From: Octopus sinensis
Lineage: Eukaryota
Direction of reading: 5' to 3'
Length of the DNA stretch: 64,000 nucleotides
Assembly (NCBI RefSeq): GCF_006345805.1
Contig: NC_043006.1
Span: 58,590,001 to 58,654,000 of the forward strand
Shown here: one piece after another, positions 1 through 11,389 of the stretch
How positions within the stretch are numbered: the first letter of the stretch is position 1
Layout of the letters: the number at the start of each line of letters is the position of its first letter
Translations under genes and position numbers: made by a program
The notes under the pieces: model-generated
Database searches by the model: none
What the model was told of the DNA's origin: nothing
What the model saw: only the letters and a program-made list of their open reading frames with translations

Positions 1-1835
1 CCTCTTTGCAACCCTCACACAAGCCAGATCACTGACGATCCCAAGGAATGCGCAGAACTCATTGCCGAGTGCTATGCAAGCATATTCACTGTTGAAAATC
101 AAAATGTACCATCTTCACCATCTCTAACAGCAAATTCCATAACAACCATAGAATTTACACCTGCAATGCTGCGACGTCACTTCAAAATAAGCGCAACTAT
201 GCCTCCCCTGGTCTTGATGGCATTACATACCTGCTTCTCAAACGTGGCAGGTACTTCCTTTTACACCAGCTTTCTATTTTTTTCCAGTACTGTCTCAACA
301 ATGGTGCTACTCCGGAGCAGTGGAAAACTGCCAGGGTCATTCCTCTGTTCAAAAAGGGCGAACGCACATCACCTGTCAACTATCGCCCAGTCAGTCTCAC
401 TAGCCGTATTGCAAAACTGATGGAATCGTGTGTCAGAGAAACACTTTGGAACTTCTGGAGCTCTCACAGTCTCATCCGACCCTCACAGTATGGATTTGTC
501 CCTAACTCCAGCTGCAGTGATCAGCTTGTCGAGTTCCTTGAGGACATTACTCAGATCACTGACAGTGGCTCATGGGTGGATGTTGTCTACCTTGACTTTG
601 CTAAGGCTTTTAATTCTGTGCCACACAAAAGGCTTATGATGAAACTCTCTGCAATGGGTGTGAGGGATGATCTTTTTAACTGGTTGAAATCCTTCATTCT
701 CAGCCGAAAGGAGGTAGTCACAGTTCTAGGACAGCATTCTACACCATATGAGATGTCATCGGGTGTACCACAGGGATCTGTTCTTGGTCCCCTCTTGTTT
801 GTGGCATACATTAATGACATAGATGCCAATTTAAAGAATGCCACAGTATTGAAATATGCAGACGACATCAAGCTGTACCTTGAAATCAAGAGGACAGATC
901 CTGATGTCTACAACTCTTTCCTGCAATCAGACCTGGACACAATGCAGCAATGGATCACAGACTGGTAACTGAAACTGGCTGTGGACAAGTGTACCACCAT
1001 GCATTTTGAGAGAAAAACCCTGCGTCCACATACCCCCTCCGCAACACTGATATCAAGAAATCCTCTTGCGAGCGTGACCTAGGCATCACTGTCAGCAGTG
1101 ATTTGCATTGGACAAAGCATATCTCTAAAATTGTCAAGAAGGCCAAGGGTGTCTTGGCATCACTCAGCAAGACTTTTGTTAGCAGCTCTCCAGTCATCTA
1201 TTTAAAGCTGTATACAGCTATGGTACGACCACACTTGGAATTCGCATCATCAGTTTGGAACCCCTATCTTGCTCAGAACATTGACCTCCTGGAATCTGTC
1301 CAGAGACGTGCAACCAAACGCATACCTTCCATCAGACACCTACCATACTCTGAGTGCCTTGTTTCCCTGGGCATGGATTCACTGAAGCTCCGGCGTCTGG
1401 CGATGGACTTGGTAAACACCCACAAAGTTATCAACCACCTCACCAACAACAACACTGAACACCTTTTTGATCTCCATGTGTCCAACACACGTGGACATGC
1501 CTACAAAGTCAGAAAACAGCACAGCTCCCATGACTTTCGGAAACATTTTTTCACGCTCAGAGTTGCTGAAGCATGGAACAAACTGCCTGCATCAGTTGTT
1601 GACTGCCATGACACTGCATCCTTTAAGGCCCTCATGCTTTCCAAAATCCGCCGAAACTACACCTGATTGTCCCCCTTCCATACTCATACACATATGTGTA
1701 TGTCATGACTCATGCACTGTTCTTTTCCTGACGCTTGTACATTACCTTATGTATTATACATACACTTTAGATGAGTTGTAGTGCACCTGAGCACTGTACA
1801 CAATGTTTTATCATTATATTATTATTATATTATAA
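1..1835 (+). mobile_element. CR1-clade LINE ORF2 (reverse transcriptase to C-terminus) plus 3'UTR; degraded, runs off the left edge
   Basis: QYGF, YLDFAKAFNSVPH, GVPQGSVLGPLLF, KYADD and C-terminal TRGHAYKVRK...RKHFFTLRV..WNKLP motifs. Frameshifts near 185 and 1010, a stop at 966-968, and an (ATT)n-like tail near 1810-1834. Confidence 0.92.
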
Positions 1836-2446
1836 GCTTTTTTGTATAGTTCTCAGCATTCATACCAGCAAATTTATGACAGTCAACTGTCATACTTAGA
1901 TAAGCTCTATTCTTTTATTCAACCACTTAGGTTAAATTCAGTTCAACATAGATAAACATATTCACCCTGTTTTGTTCTCCAGCCTACATACAGCTTGAAC
2001 ATAAACATGTATAACTACAGTGCACTAAACATAATTCTTTCTCTTTAACCCAGCACCTTGCCAGAGAAACATGCCTGCTCCTATTATTTTAGGACAGTTT
2101 GTTTTTGCTTTTAGATGCAGCACATCTTTCTCTTTTTACCATGCCTTTCTGTCTTTTCCACCCAACATGGTCAGAGGCACATAACTGCTATTCTTACTAT
2201 ACTATCATGCTCTACCATTACAAAACAACAAACTGTTACAGCCTTTGTATATTCTTCCTAACAACAAATTGACAGATAAATAAGATCTGAAAGAAATAAC
2301 CTTTTTCCTTCTGTTGATTCATCTGATACATGCCACACTGCCCTGGAAGTTTAACTAATAGGCTATTAATACTAATAACCACTGCATTCATTGCACCTAT
2401 CAGTAACACACACACATATACATACATACACACATGCATACATACA

Positions 2447-3440
2447 TACATCATCATCATCATCATCATCGTTTAACGTCCGTTCTCCATGCTAGCATGG
2501 ATTGGACGGTTCGACCGGGGATCTGGGAAGCCAAAAGGCTGCACCAGGCTCCAGTCTTATCTGGCAGTGTTTCTACAGCTGGATGCCCTTCCTAACGCCA
2601 ACCACTCCGTGAGTGTAGTGGGTGCTTTTTACGTGCCACCTGCACAGGTGCCAGGCGAGGCTGGCAACGGCCACGGTCGGATTGGTGTATTTTATGTGCC
2701 ACCGGCACGGAAGCCAGACGAGGCGGTGCTGGCATCGGCCACGAGTCGGATGGTGCTTTTTACGTACCACCAGACCAGGGATCCTGGCTGGTTCAATTCG
2801 ATTTCGATTTCGCTTGCCCCAACATGTCTTCGCAAGCAAGGGGGTTGGCATGGGTGCCTGTTGTACGGTCAGATTGGTGTATTTTACGTGCCACCGGCAC
2901 GGAAGCCAGTGGAGGCGGCGCTGGCATCGGCCACGAGTCGGATAGTGCTTTTTACGTACCACCAGACCAGGGAACCTGGCTGGTTCAATTCGATTTCGCT
3001 TGCCCCAACATGTCTTCGCAAGCAAGGGGGGGTTGGCATGGGTGCCTGTCGTACGGTCAGATTGGTGTATTTTACGTGCCACCGGCACAGAAGCCAGTGG
3101 AGGCCGCGCTGGCATCGGCCACGAGTCGGATAGTGCTTTTTACGTACCACCAGACCAGGGATCCTGGCTGGTTTAATTCGATTTTGACCTCGATTTCGAT
3201 TTCGCTTGCCCCAACATGTCTTCGCATGGGTGCCTGTCGTCGGATGAGGTTCTATATCGACTTCGCTTGCCTCAACAGGTCTTTGTGTCCAAGGGAGGAA
3301 AGGCATTCATAAGTGGGCTGGGCTCACTTGTCCTGCCTGGTCTTCTCACGTACAGAATATTTCCAAAGGTCTCGGTCGCTGGTCATTTCCTCAGTGAGGC
3401 CTAAAGTTCGAAGGTCGTGCTTCACCACCTCGTCCCAGGT
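2447..3440 (-). mobile_element. RTE-clade LINE 3' end with (GAT)n tail and 3x ~190-bp internal tandem repeat
   Basis: Minus 3440-3324 encodes [35 protein letters not shown], an RTE ORF C-terminus. 3'UTR repeat units start at 2681, 2873 and 3061. Confidence 0.85.
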
Positions 3441-3578
3441 TTATATACATATATATATCCCAGGTATATATACATATATATATATATATATTGATATATA
3501 TACACACATACATACATGCACGTATATATTATATATATATATATATATTGATATATATACACACATACATACATGCAC

Positions 3579-3621
<43 letters not shown>

Positions 3622-3790
3622 AATTGAGATAGGCGTTGTGAGTGCAACCCACCATGGGATAACATATATCCAATATACTGCTAGTAAAGCACCCAACAAA
3701 GCTAATACATAAATGTTAAGAATTGCGATGCAATTAATTCATTCACTGTATTATATGGGCAAAGGTAAAATGTTTTACCACAAATTAATA

Positions 3791-3884
3791 ATACAAAATA
3801 AGGAAATGGAGAAATACATCTTAATCAATAATCTGGTAGTTGATTATTGGTTAAGATGTATTTCTCCATTTCCTTATTTTGTAT
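3791..3884. repeat. Near-perfect 43-bp inverted repeat (fold-back element)
   Basis: Arms 3791-3833 and 3842-3884, one mismatch, 8-nt loop. Confidence 0.85.
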
Positions 3885-3943
3885 ATATATATATATATAT
3901 TTATACACATACATACACGTATATATATATATATATATATATA

Positions 3944-4456
3944 CTAGCAGTATCGCCCGGCGTTGCTCGAGTTTGTAAAGGAAATAACTATATAAGCATT
4001 TTTAGAGAGTTACTTCCCTTATAGATGCCAATTCAGGCTTTCTTAGCCATTTCTGTTTTGGTGACTTCAAGCCATGAAGTCGTTGTTCTAAAAGAACGCT
4101 GGTCTCCTTGACAACGCTTTACAACATTGAATTCCTTACACTCCCTTCCCCACAGCTTCACGAGGGAGGGAAGAAGGGGGAGAAGCAAACAGGTGCAGGT
4201 GTGACCATAGACGCCAACTCCGCCGCCATCGACACACGAAAAATTATGCATTAAAATGGAATAAAAAATGATGTTAAATTATTTTTAAAATCGTAGACTC
4301 ATCATAGACGCACGCTAATACTAAGACGGGCTCGATATGAATCACGACTATAAGATACCCGAATTTGGTGAAACTGCACCGCAAAATGTGGGAGTAGTTA
4401 GGAATCTAAATCGAAGGGGACAGACACTCACACAACTACAGTTTTATATATATAGA
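3944..4456 (-). mobile_element. Non-autonomous Helitron, subfamily A
   Basis: 5' TCTATATATATAAAA, 3' hairpin (CTCGAGCAACGCCGGG in this copy) then CTAG, inserted between A and T with no TSD. Confidence 0.88.
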
Positions 4457-4586
4457 TATATATATATATCACCGTGATCACCGTGACCGACCAGGCTATC
4501 AGATGTTGCTACACATCGCTAGTCACAATGCGCTTTGCATTGTTTTAGCCTTCAAATGACGCCACCCCGCTGGCTAAGCGAGCAGG

Positions 4587-4659
<73 letters not shown>

Positions 4660-4809
4660 TTATACACATACATACATACTTCCAAACATAAGTAACAGGA
4701 ACAAAATTTGCTGGGGGCAGTGTGTGAAGCCAGGTACAAAATCTTTTACAAATAAGGTTAATTATTTTTTCATTCTTAATATCAAAACAAATTCAGGTAT
4801 TATTATCAT

Positions 4810-5410
4810 TATTATTAAGTCAAATTCCACTGGCATCAACTTTAACTTTCATCCTTTCGGAGTCAATAAAATAAGTACCAGTTGAACACAGGGGTCGATG
4901 TAATTGACTCATCTCCCTCCCCAAAAATTGTTACCCTTGTGGAAAAATTTGAAACCATTGTTATTATTATTAAGGCAGCAAGCTGGCAGAATTGTTAGCA
5001 CACAAGGTAAAATACTTCATGGCATTTCAACTGTTTTTATGTTCTGAGTTCAAATTCCACCAAGGTTTTTCATCATTCCGGGGTCAATAAAATAAGTACC
5101 AGTTGAATACTGGAGTCAATGTAACCGACTCACCACTGACCCCAAAATTGCTGGTCTTGTGCCAAAATTTGAAACCATTATTATTATTATTATTATAAGG
5201 CAGTGAAATGGCAGAATTGTCCCCCACACTGGGCAAAATGTTTAGTGGTATTTTGTCCAGCTGTATGATCTGAGTTCAAATACAGCTGGAGTTTACTTTC
5301 CCTTTCATCTCTTTAGAGGTCAATAAAATAAGTACCATTTGAGTGCTGGGGTTGATGTAATCAACTTAGACCCTCCCCCAGGATTGCTAACCTTGTGCCA
5401 AAATTTGAAA
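4810..5410 (+). mobile_element. Three tandem degenerate copies of a tRNA-derived SINE (family 3; central motif TTTCATCCTTTCGGGGTCAATAAAATAAGTACCAG)
   Basis: About 210-bp units with B-box-like GAGTTCAAATTCC and (ATT)n tails. Confidence 0.7.
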
Positions 5411-5415
5411 CTATT

Positions 5416-5925
5416 ATAACCTCCGCCTTATCGAAGGCAGAGGTATTGTGTGCAGTCGTGTTTGTTTGCTTGTTTGTCTATGGACAAGATATCCCGAGAA
5501 CTACTGGATGGATTAAGATGAAACCTTCAGGGATTTTGGGCCTCATGACTGGCACAAACAGATTATATTTTGGGATCAATCCGGTACCGGACAAAGATTC
5601 TTGATTATTTTTTGTTATATTAACTTTACTTTATGATTACAATCAAGCGTTAACTTCCAAGTCTTTCTCCATTATCTCCCTTTAGGCTGTAACTACTTTG
5701 AATGAAGAATTTGTTAACTTTGGCCTGTATTAGATAAGGATAACCTATTTATTACTGTTACTAAATTTTCTACAACCACCTTTACATTCCATGACTATCA
5801 TTAGGATCAATCAGGTACCAGACAAGGATACTGGATAATTTTTCCGTTTTTTTATCTTAATTTTTGAGAGCAGTCAGGTTCATTTTTAGTAATCATGTTT
5901 GTGAGAGCAGTCGAGTTTATCTTTA
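5416..5925 (+). mobile_element. Helentron-associated (HINE/DINE-1-like) element fragments
   Basis: 5' subterminal IR ACCTCCGCC...GGCAGAGGT followed by a (TTTG)n-like microsatellite; a related segment at 5800-5925 abuts a Helitron insertion. Confidence 0.5.
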
Positions 5926-5927
5926 TA

Positions 5928-6437
5928 CTAGCAGTATCGCCCGGCGTTGCTCGGGTTTGTAAGGGAAATAACTATATAAGCATTTTTAGAGAGTTACTTC
6001 CCTTATAGATGCCAATTCGGGCTTTCTTAGCCATTTCTGTTTTGGTGTCTTCAAGCCATGAAGTCGTTGTTCTAACAGAACGCTGGTCTCCTTGACAACG
6101 CTTTACGACGTTGATTTCCTTACACTCCCTTCCCCACAGCTTCATGAGGGAGGGAAGAAGGGGGAGAAGCAAACAGGTGCAGGTGTGACCATGGACGCCA
6201 ACTCCGCCGCCATCGACACACGAAAAATTATGCATTAACATGGAATAAAAAATGATGTTAAATTATTTTTAAAATCGTAGACTCATCGTTGACGCGCGCT
6301 AATACTCAGACGGGCTCGATATTAATCACGACTATAAGATACCCGAATTTGGTTAAACTGCACCGCAAAATGTGGGAGTAGTTAGGAATCTAAATCGAAG
6401 GGGACAGACACTCACACAACTACAGTTTTATATATAT
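5928..6437 (-). mobile_element. Non-autonomous Helitron, subfamily A
   Basis: Near-identical to 3944..4456; head-to-head with 6447..6963. Confidence 0.88.
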
Positions 6438-6446
6438 CTGTATATA

Positions 6447-6963
6447 TCTATATATATAAAACTGTAGTTGTGTGAGTGTCTGTCTCCTACGATTTAGATT
6501 CCTAACTACTCCCACATTTTGCGGTGCAGTTTAACCAAATTCGGGTATCTTATAGTCGTGATTAATATCGAGCCCGTCTGAGTATTAGCGCGCGTCTACG
6601 ATGAGTCTACGATTTTAAAAATAATTTAACATCATTTTTTATTCCATTTTAATGCATAATTTTTCGTGTGTCGATGGCGGCGGAGTTGGCGTCCACGCTC
6701 AAACACCCGCACCTGTGTTTGCTTCTCCCCCTTCTTCCCTCCCTCGTGAAGCTGTGGGGAAGGGAGTTTAAGGAAATCAACGTCGTAATGCGTTGTCAAG
6801 GAGACCAGCGTTCTTTTAGAACAACGACTTCATGGCTTGAAGACACCAAAACAGAAATGGCTAAGAAAGCCCGAATTGGCATCTATAAAGGAAGTAACTC
6901 TCTAAAAATGCTTATATAGTTATTTCCCTTACAAACCCGAGCAACGCCGGGCGATACTGCTAG
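6447..6963 (+). mobile_element. Non-autonomous Helitron, subfamily A
   Basis: TC...CCCGAGCAACGCCGGG...CTAG termini. Confidence 0.88.
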
Positions 6964-7148
6964 TATAGATATAAAAGTGAAGTTGTGTGTCTGTCTTCTA
7001 CGATTTATATTCCATGGCTCCAGGTTCAGTCCCACTTTATTGTACATTGGGCAAATGTCTTTTACCATAACCTCAGGCTGACCAAAGCCTTGTGAGTGGA
7101 TTTAGTAGACAGAAACTGAAAGAAACCCATTGTATATATATATATATA

Positions 7149-7534
7149 TCTTTATATATAAAAGTCAAGTTGTGTGTCTGTCTCCTCCGATTTAGATTCC
7201 TAACTACTCCCACATTTTGCGGTGCAGTTTAACCAAAACCGGGTATCTTATAGTCGTGATTCATATCGAGCCCTTCTGGGTATTAGCGCGCGTCTACGAT
7301 GAGTCTACGATTTTTTAAAAAATTTACCACCATTTTTTTCCATTTTAATGCATTTTTTCGCTATTATATAAGGGAGGTAACTCTCTAAAAATGTCTACGA
7401 TGAGTCAACGATTTAAAAAAAATTACCATCATTTTTTTCCCATTTTTAATGCATTTTTTTGGCTATAACTCTCTAAAAATGCTTATATAGTTATTTCCCT
7501 TACAAACCCGAGCAACGCCGGGCGATACTGCTAG
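7149..7534 (+). mobile_element. Non-autonomous Helitron, subfamily B
   Basis: Same termini as subfamily A; the interior is replaced by a duplicated ATTTACCATCATTTTTTTCCATTTTAATGC block. Confidence 0.88.
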
Positions 7535-7838
7535 TTTCAGATATTCTCCTTTTAAAAATCGTTTCTGGCTAGTATATGTAAAGTTTCACATAGTTCTCAT
7601 GTACATGCACACACATACACACATATACTCACACATTTTCAGTATTGAACATTACCACTGTACACACACACACATGCACACGCAAGTATACCTCACTTTT
7701 GCACACATATATACTCACACTTCAAACCGCCGTTTATCAGCTTTTTCATCATTCTTCCTTCAACCTTTCCTTTCTCATTCTTATGACACTCTCTTTACCA
7801 TTTATCTCCTCTACCTTCACCTCCTATACCGGCTCTAT

Positions 7839-7911
<73 letters not shown>

Positions 7912-7912
7912 A

Positions 7913-8421
7913 CTAGCAGTATCGCCCGGCGTTGCTCAGGTTTGTAAGGAAATAACTAATAAGCATTTTTAGAGAGTTACTTCCTTTATAGATGCCAATT
8001 CGGGCTTTCTTAGCCATTTCTGTTTGGTGTCTTCAAGCCATGAAGTCGTTGTTCTAAAAGAACGCTGGTCTCCTTGACAACGCATTACGACGTTGATTTC
8101 CTTAAACTCCCTTCCCCACAGCTTCACGAGGGAGGGAAGAAGGGGGAGAAGCAAACACAGGTGCAGGTGTTTGAGCGTGGACGCCAACTCCGCCGCCATC
8201 GACAAACGAAAAATTATGCATTAAAATGGAATAAAAAATGATGTTAAATTATTTTTAAATCGTAGACTCATCGTAGACGCGCGTTACTCTCAACGGGCTC
8301 GATATGAATCACGACTATAAGATACCCGAATTTGGTTAAACTGCACCGCAAAATGTGGGAGGAGTAGTAGGAATCTAAATCGAAGGGGACAGACACTCAC
8401 ACAACTACAGTTTTATATATA
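7913..8421 (-). mobile_element. Non-autonomous Helitron, subfamily A
   Basis: Same sequence family; head-to-head with 8422..10379. Confidence 0.87.
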
Positions 8422-8865
8422 TCTTATTATAAAAGGCAGATTTTATCTGCTCCCTTTGTATCTTATAGAAATCTACAATATAGGATTTCTTCAATTACAA
8501 TTTACCTAGCATTTTTAAGAGTAGAATGCATCGGGTCGTGCCAGGTCCAGTTTTTAAAATTTCAACCCCAATTAAGCAAAATTAGAGAAAACTCACATTG
8601 TGGTGTATAAGTCACATGCTTTTCTTAGGTGGCCTACACCACACGGCACACACACAGTGTGCAACGAATAAAGTGAAAGTATTCACTTTGTAGTGAGTGA
8701 CTCTTTCACTCTGCCACTTCCTCTTTACACACATAGACACGCAAATATATAAATAAATTGTAAGCTAAACTGTGTGGTGTGCGTGTGTGTGAGTGTGTGA
8801 GTGTGTGTGTGTGTGTGTGAGGTGCGTGTGTGTGTGTGTGTGCGTGTGCGTGAGTGTGTGACAGG

Positions 8866-9535
8866 AAAGTTTTTTAGGACGAATATAAGACCTATATCCA
8901 AGTAGCAGAAAGATTGCCCAAAAGTGTATATAGATATTAAATGTATTTATATATCATCTAACACAGATGTATGTATAATGTGTGTGTATATATTTCCATA
9001 GAGGTAACCTTTCACTCCATACAAAGTTTTTTAGGACGAATATAAGATCTAAAGTTATACAAATAGCAGAAAGATCGCCAAAAGTGTATATAGATATTTA
9101 ATGTATTTATATATTCATCTATACACAGATGTATGTATAATGTGTGTGTATATATTTCCATACACGTAACCATTCACTCCGCACAAAGTTTTTTAGGACG
9201 AAAATAAGATCTAAAGTTATCTCTAACTAGCACAAAGATCGCCCAAAAGTGATATAGATATATAAATGTATTTATATATTCATCTATGCACACATGTATG
9301 TATAACGTGTGTGTATATTTCCATAGAGGTAACCATTCACTCCATACAAAGTTTTTTAGGACGAAAATAAGATCTAAAGTTATCTCTAAGAAACAGAAAG
9401 ATCGCCCAAAAGTGTATATAGATATTTAAATGTATTTATATATTCATCTATACACACATGTATGTATAATGTGCGTGTATATATATTCCATAGAGGTAAC
9501 CATTCAATCCATACAAAGTTTTTTAGGACGAAAAT
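8866..9535 (+). repeat. Minisatellite, 4 full plus 1 partial units of 157-167 bp, inside the Helitron
   Basis: AAAGTTTTTTAGGACGAA recurs at 8866, 9023, 9185, 9348 and 9515. Confidence 0.9.
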
Positions 9536-9782
9536 ATTTATATATAAAAGAAAGGTTGTGTGTCTGTCTACTCCGATTTACATTCCTAACTACTCCCCAC
9601 ATTTTGCGATGCAGTTTAACCAAAACCGGGTATCTTATAGTCGTGATTCATATCAAGCCCTTCTGGGTATTAGCGCGCGTCTACAATGAGTCTATGATTT
9701 TACAAATAATTTACCATCATTTTTTTCCATTTTAATGCATATTTTTTAATAAAGGGAATTAACTCTCAAACTTCACACAAAT

Positions 9783-10260
9783 ATGCGTGCTCATATGCGA
9801 CGTAATATCACATCAGCAGCATTTCCTCACACCCTCCTTGCACTTGGCGAAGGCAAAATACCAGGGGATGAAAATGGTAATATTGCCATCGATTCCATTT
9901 GTACCATTGTTAAGACGCCTTCTGATCTCAGAGATGCAGTGTTCCCAGATCTACAAGCTAATTATCAGAATATGGATTGGATTGGCAAAAAGGCTATACT
10001 GGCCCCGAGGAATAAAACTGTTCACCATATTAATGATGAAATGCTAAAACTCATTCCTGGGGAAGTCTATGTATATCAGTCTATCGATACAACTCCTGAC
10101 CCAGAGGACGTCATCAACTATCCAATAGAGGTACTCAATTCCTTTGAGCAACCCGGACTACCACCACACTTTCTCAAACTTAAAGTTGGTGCCCCTATAA
10201 TGCTCATCAGAAATTTGGTTCCCCAAAACAATGCAATGGCACACGTTTGATCGTTAAGTC
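9783..10260 (+). pseudogene. Helitron Rep/Hel PIF1-family helicase fragment
   Basis: Motifs TNMR, AILAPRN, LPPH.L.LKVG.PIML.RNL and NGTRL; truncated at both ends. Confidence 0.9.
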
Positions 10261-10380
10261 CTTATCTCCCACCGTAAGCTTATATCAATATTTGCCTGAA
10301 TAATCATCATAATTCAGTGCAATCATTAACAGTACTTTCAAGCAATTCAGCCCCGAGCAACGCCGGGCAATTCTGCTAGT

Positions 10381-10726
10381 ATATATATAAACGGCAAAAT
10401 ATCTGCGTGTGTGTCCTTTATACAAATCCGCAATTTTTCAGTTAGAGAGCTCGCACTTTCTATGGTCATTCAAAACCGTCCAAGAGTGGTCGTGCACATC
10501 TTTACATTTCCCCAGTCACCCCGCAAAGCCATTAAAAAATCAATAGAAATGACTTTTTTGTGAATTTTCTATCCAAAACCCAATCAAAATGCCCGAAACT
10601 TGATACACCAATTAAATGCCAGCTAGCTGTATGTGATTGGTCAGAGATTTGGACAGTACTCGCGTGTATGTGCACACGCACGCATGCACTAGCACTACGA
10701 CCCGGCGTTGCCGGATCATAGTGCTA

Positions 10727-10727
<1 letters not shown>
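10381..10727 (+). mobile_element. Non-autonomous Helitron of a second family, head-to-tail with the previous copy
   Basis: ATATATATAAACGGC start; ends in a 41-bp hairpin ACTAGCACTA..CCGGCGTTGCCGG..TAGTGCTAGT (10688-10728). Confidence 0.7.
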
Positions 10728-10761
<34 letters not shown>

Positions 10762-11389
10762 CACACAAATATATATACAAACATATAAAAAGACAATGCT
10801 CATTATTATATTAGAAGATTATACACTTTACAGTATACATATATATATATATATATACATAATTTAAATACTTGGTGTATCGTAGAGGTATAAGCAATTT
10901 ATTGCACATAAATTTTAACAAGATCTTATATGGATCCCAAATGAGAACCACTGATTCAAACATGCTGGCCAGTCAACGATATGTTTTTTACCCACAAGAG
11001 TTCCGGACCCCAGTTATGAACTCATTTGCTTACAGCCAATCAGAGCTCAACTATCAAACTAATTTATGAGCGCGCATAACAAGTGATGGGCGATACGATA
11101 AGGTCACTTGGATAATAAATGACCATGCTTCTTTTCTCTATTAATAATGCTTGTTCTTGTTTCAACCGTGGCTGCCTCCGCGTAGTTATTTGTGTTGTCT
11201 TTTACTTTGTAAACCAGTAAAGGGAGAGGGTTACTAGCACATCACCTTCTACCCACATTTATCCCATCCACATCTTTACCATATGGGGCCCAAACAAAAT
11301 CCGATAATAGGTACAGATGCAAATCTATCTGTTACGAACTTAATGTGAGTGAATATCTTGTCTTGTACTTTCGGGGTACAAGAAAGCAA

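Larger units (their letters stand above)
8422..10379 (+). mobile_element. Composite Helitron deletion derivative with minisatellite, internal second 5' end (~9537) and PIF1-helicase fragment
   Basis: TCTTATTATAAAAG start; CCCCGAGCAACGCCGGG...CTAG end. ORF 9783..10250 has AILAPRN..V..IN, YQSID, LPPHFLKLKVGAPIMLIRNL and, after a 1-bp frameshift, CNGTRL. Confidence 0.85.

Noticed and set aside
2130-2290. Minus-strand acceptor ttatttctttcag| at 2286 as exon 2 of the left-hand gene
   Set aside because: All three frames close quickly and no recognisable product; cannot be supported beyond a chance site.
2489-3312. Overlapping 107-214 aa ORFs on both strands
   Set aside because: Chance open frames in the GC-rich tandem-repeated RTE 3'UTR.
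3313-3712. Numerous ORFs rich in YI/IY/CV/HT repeats in the ORF track (also 7599, 10612, 47874, 57679 and others)
   Set aside because: Translations of (TA)n and (CA)n microsatellites.
8866-9535. CRISPR-like regularly spaced repeats
   Set aside because: Whole 160-bp units are homologous with no unique spacers; eukaryotic minisatellite.
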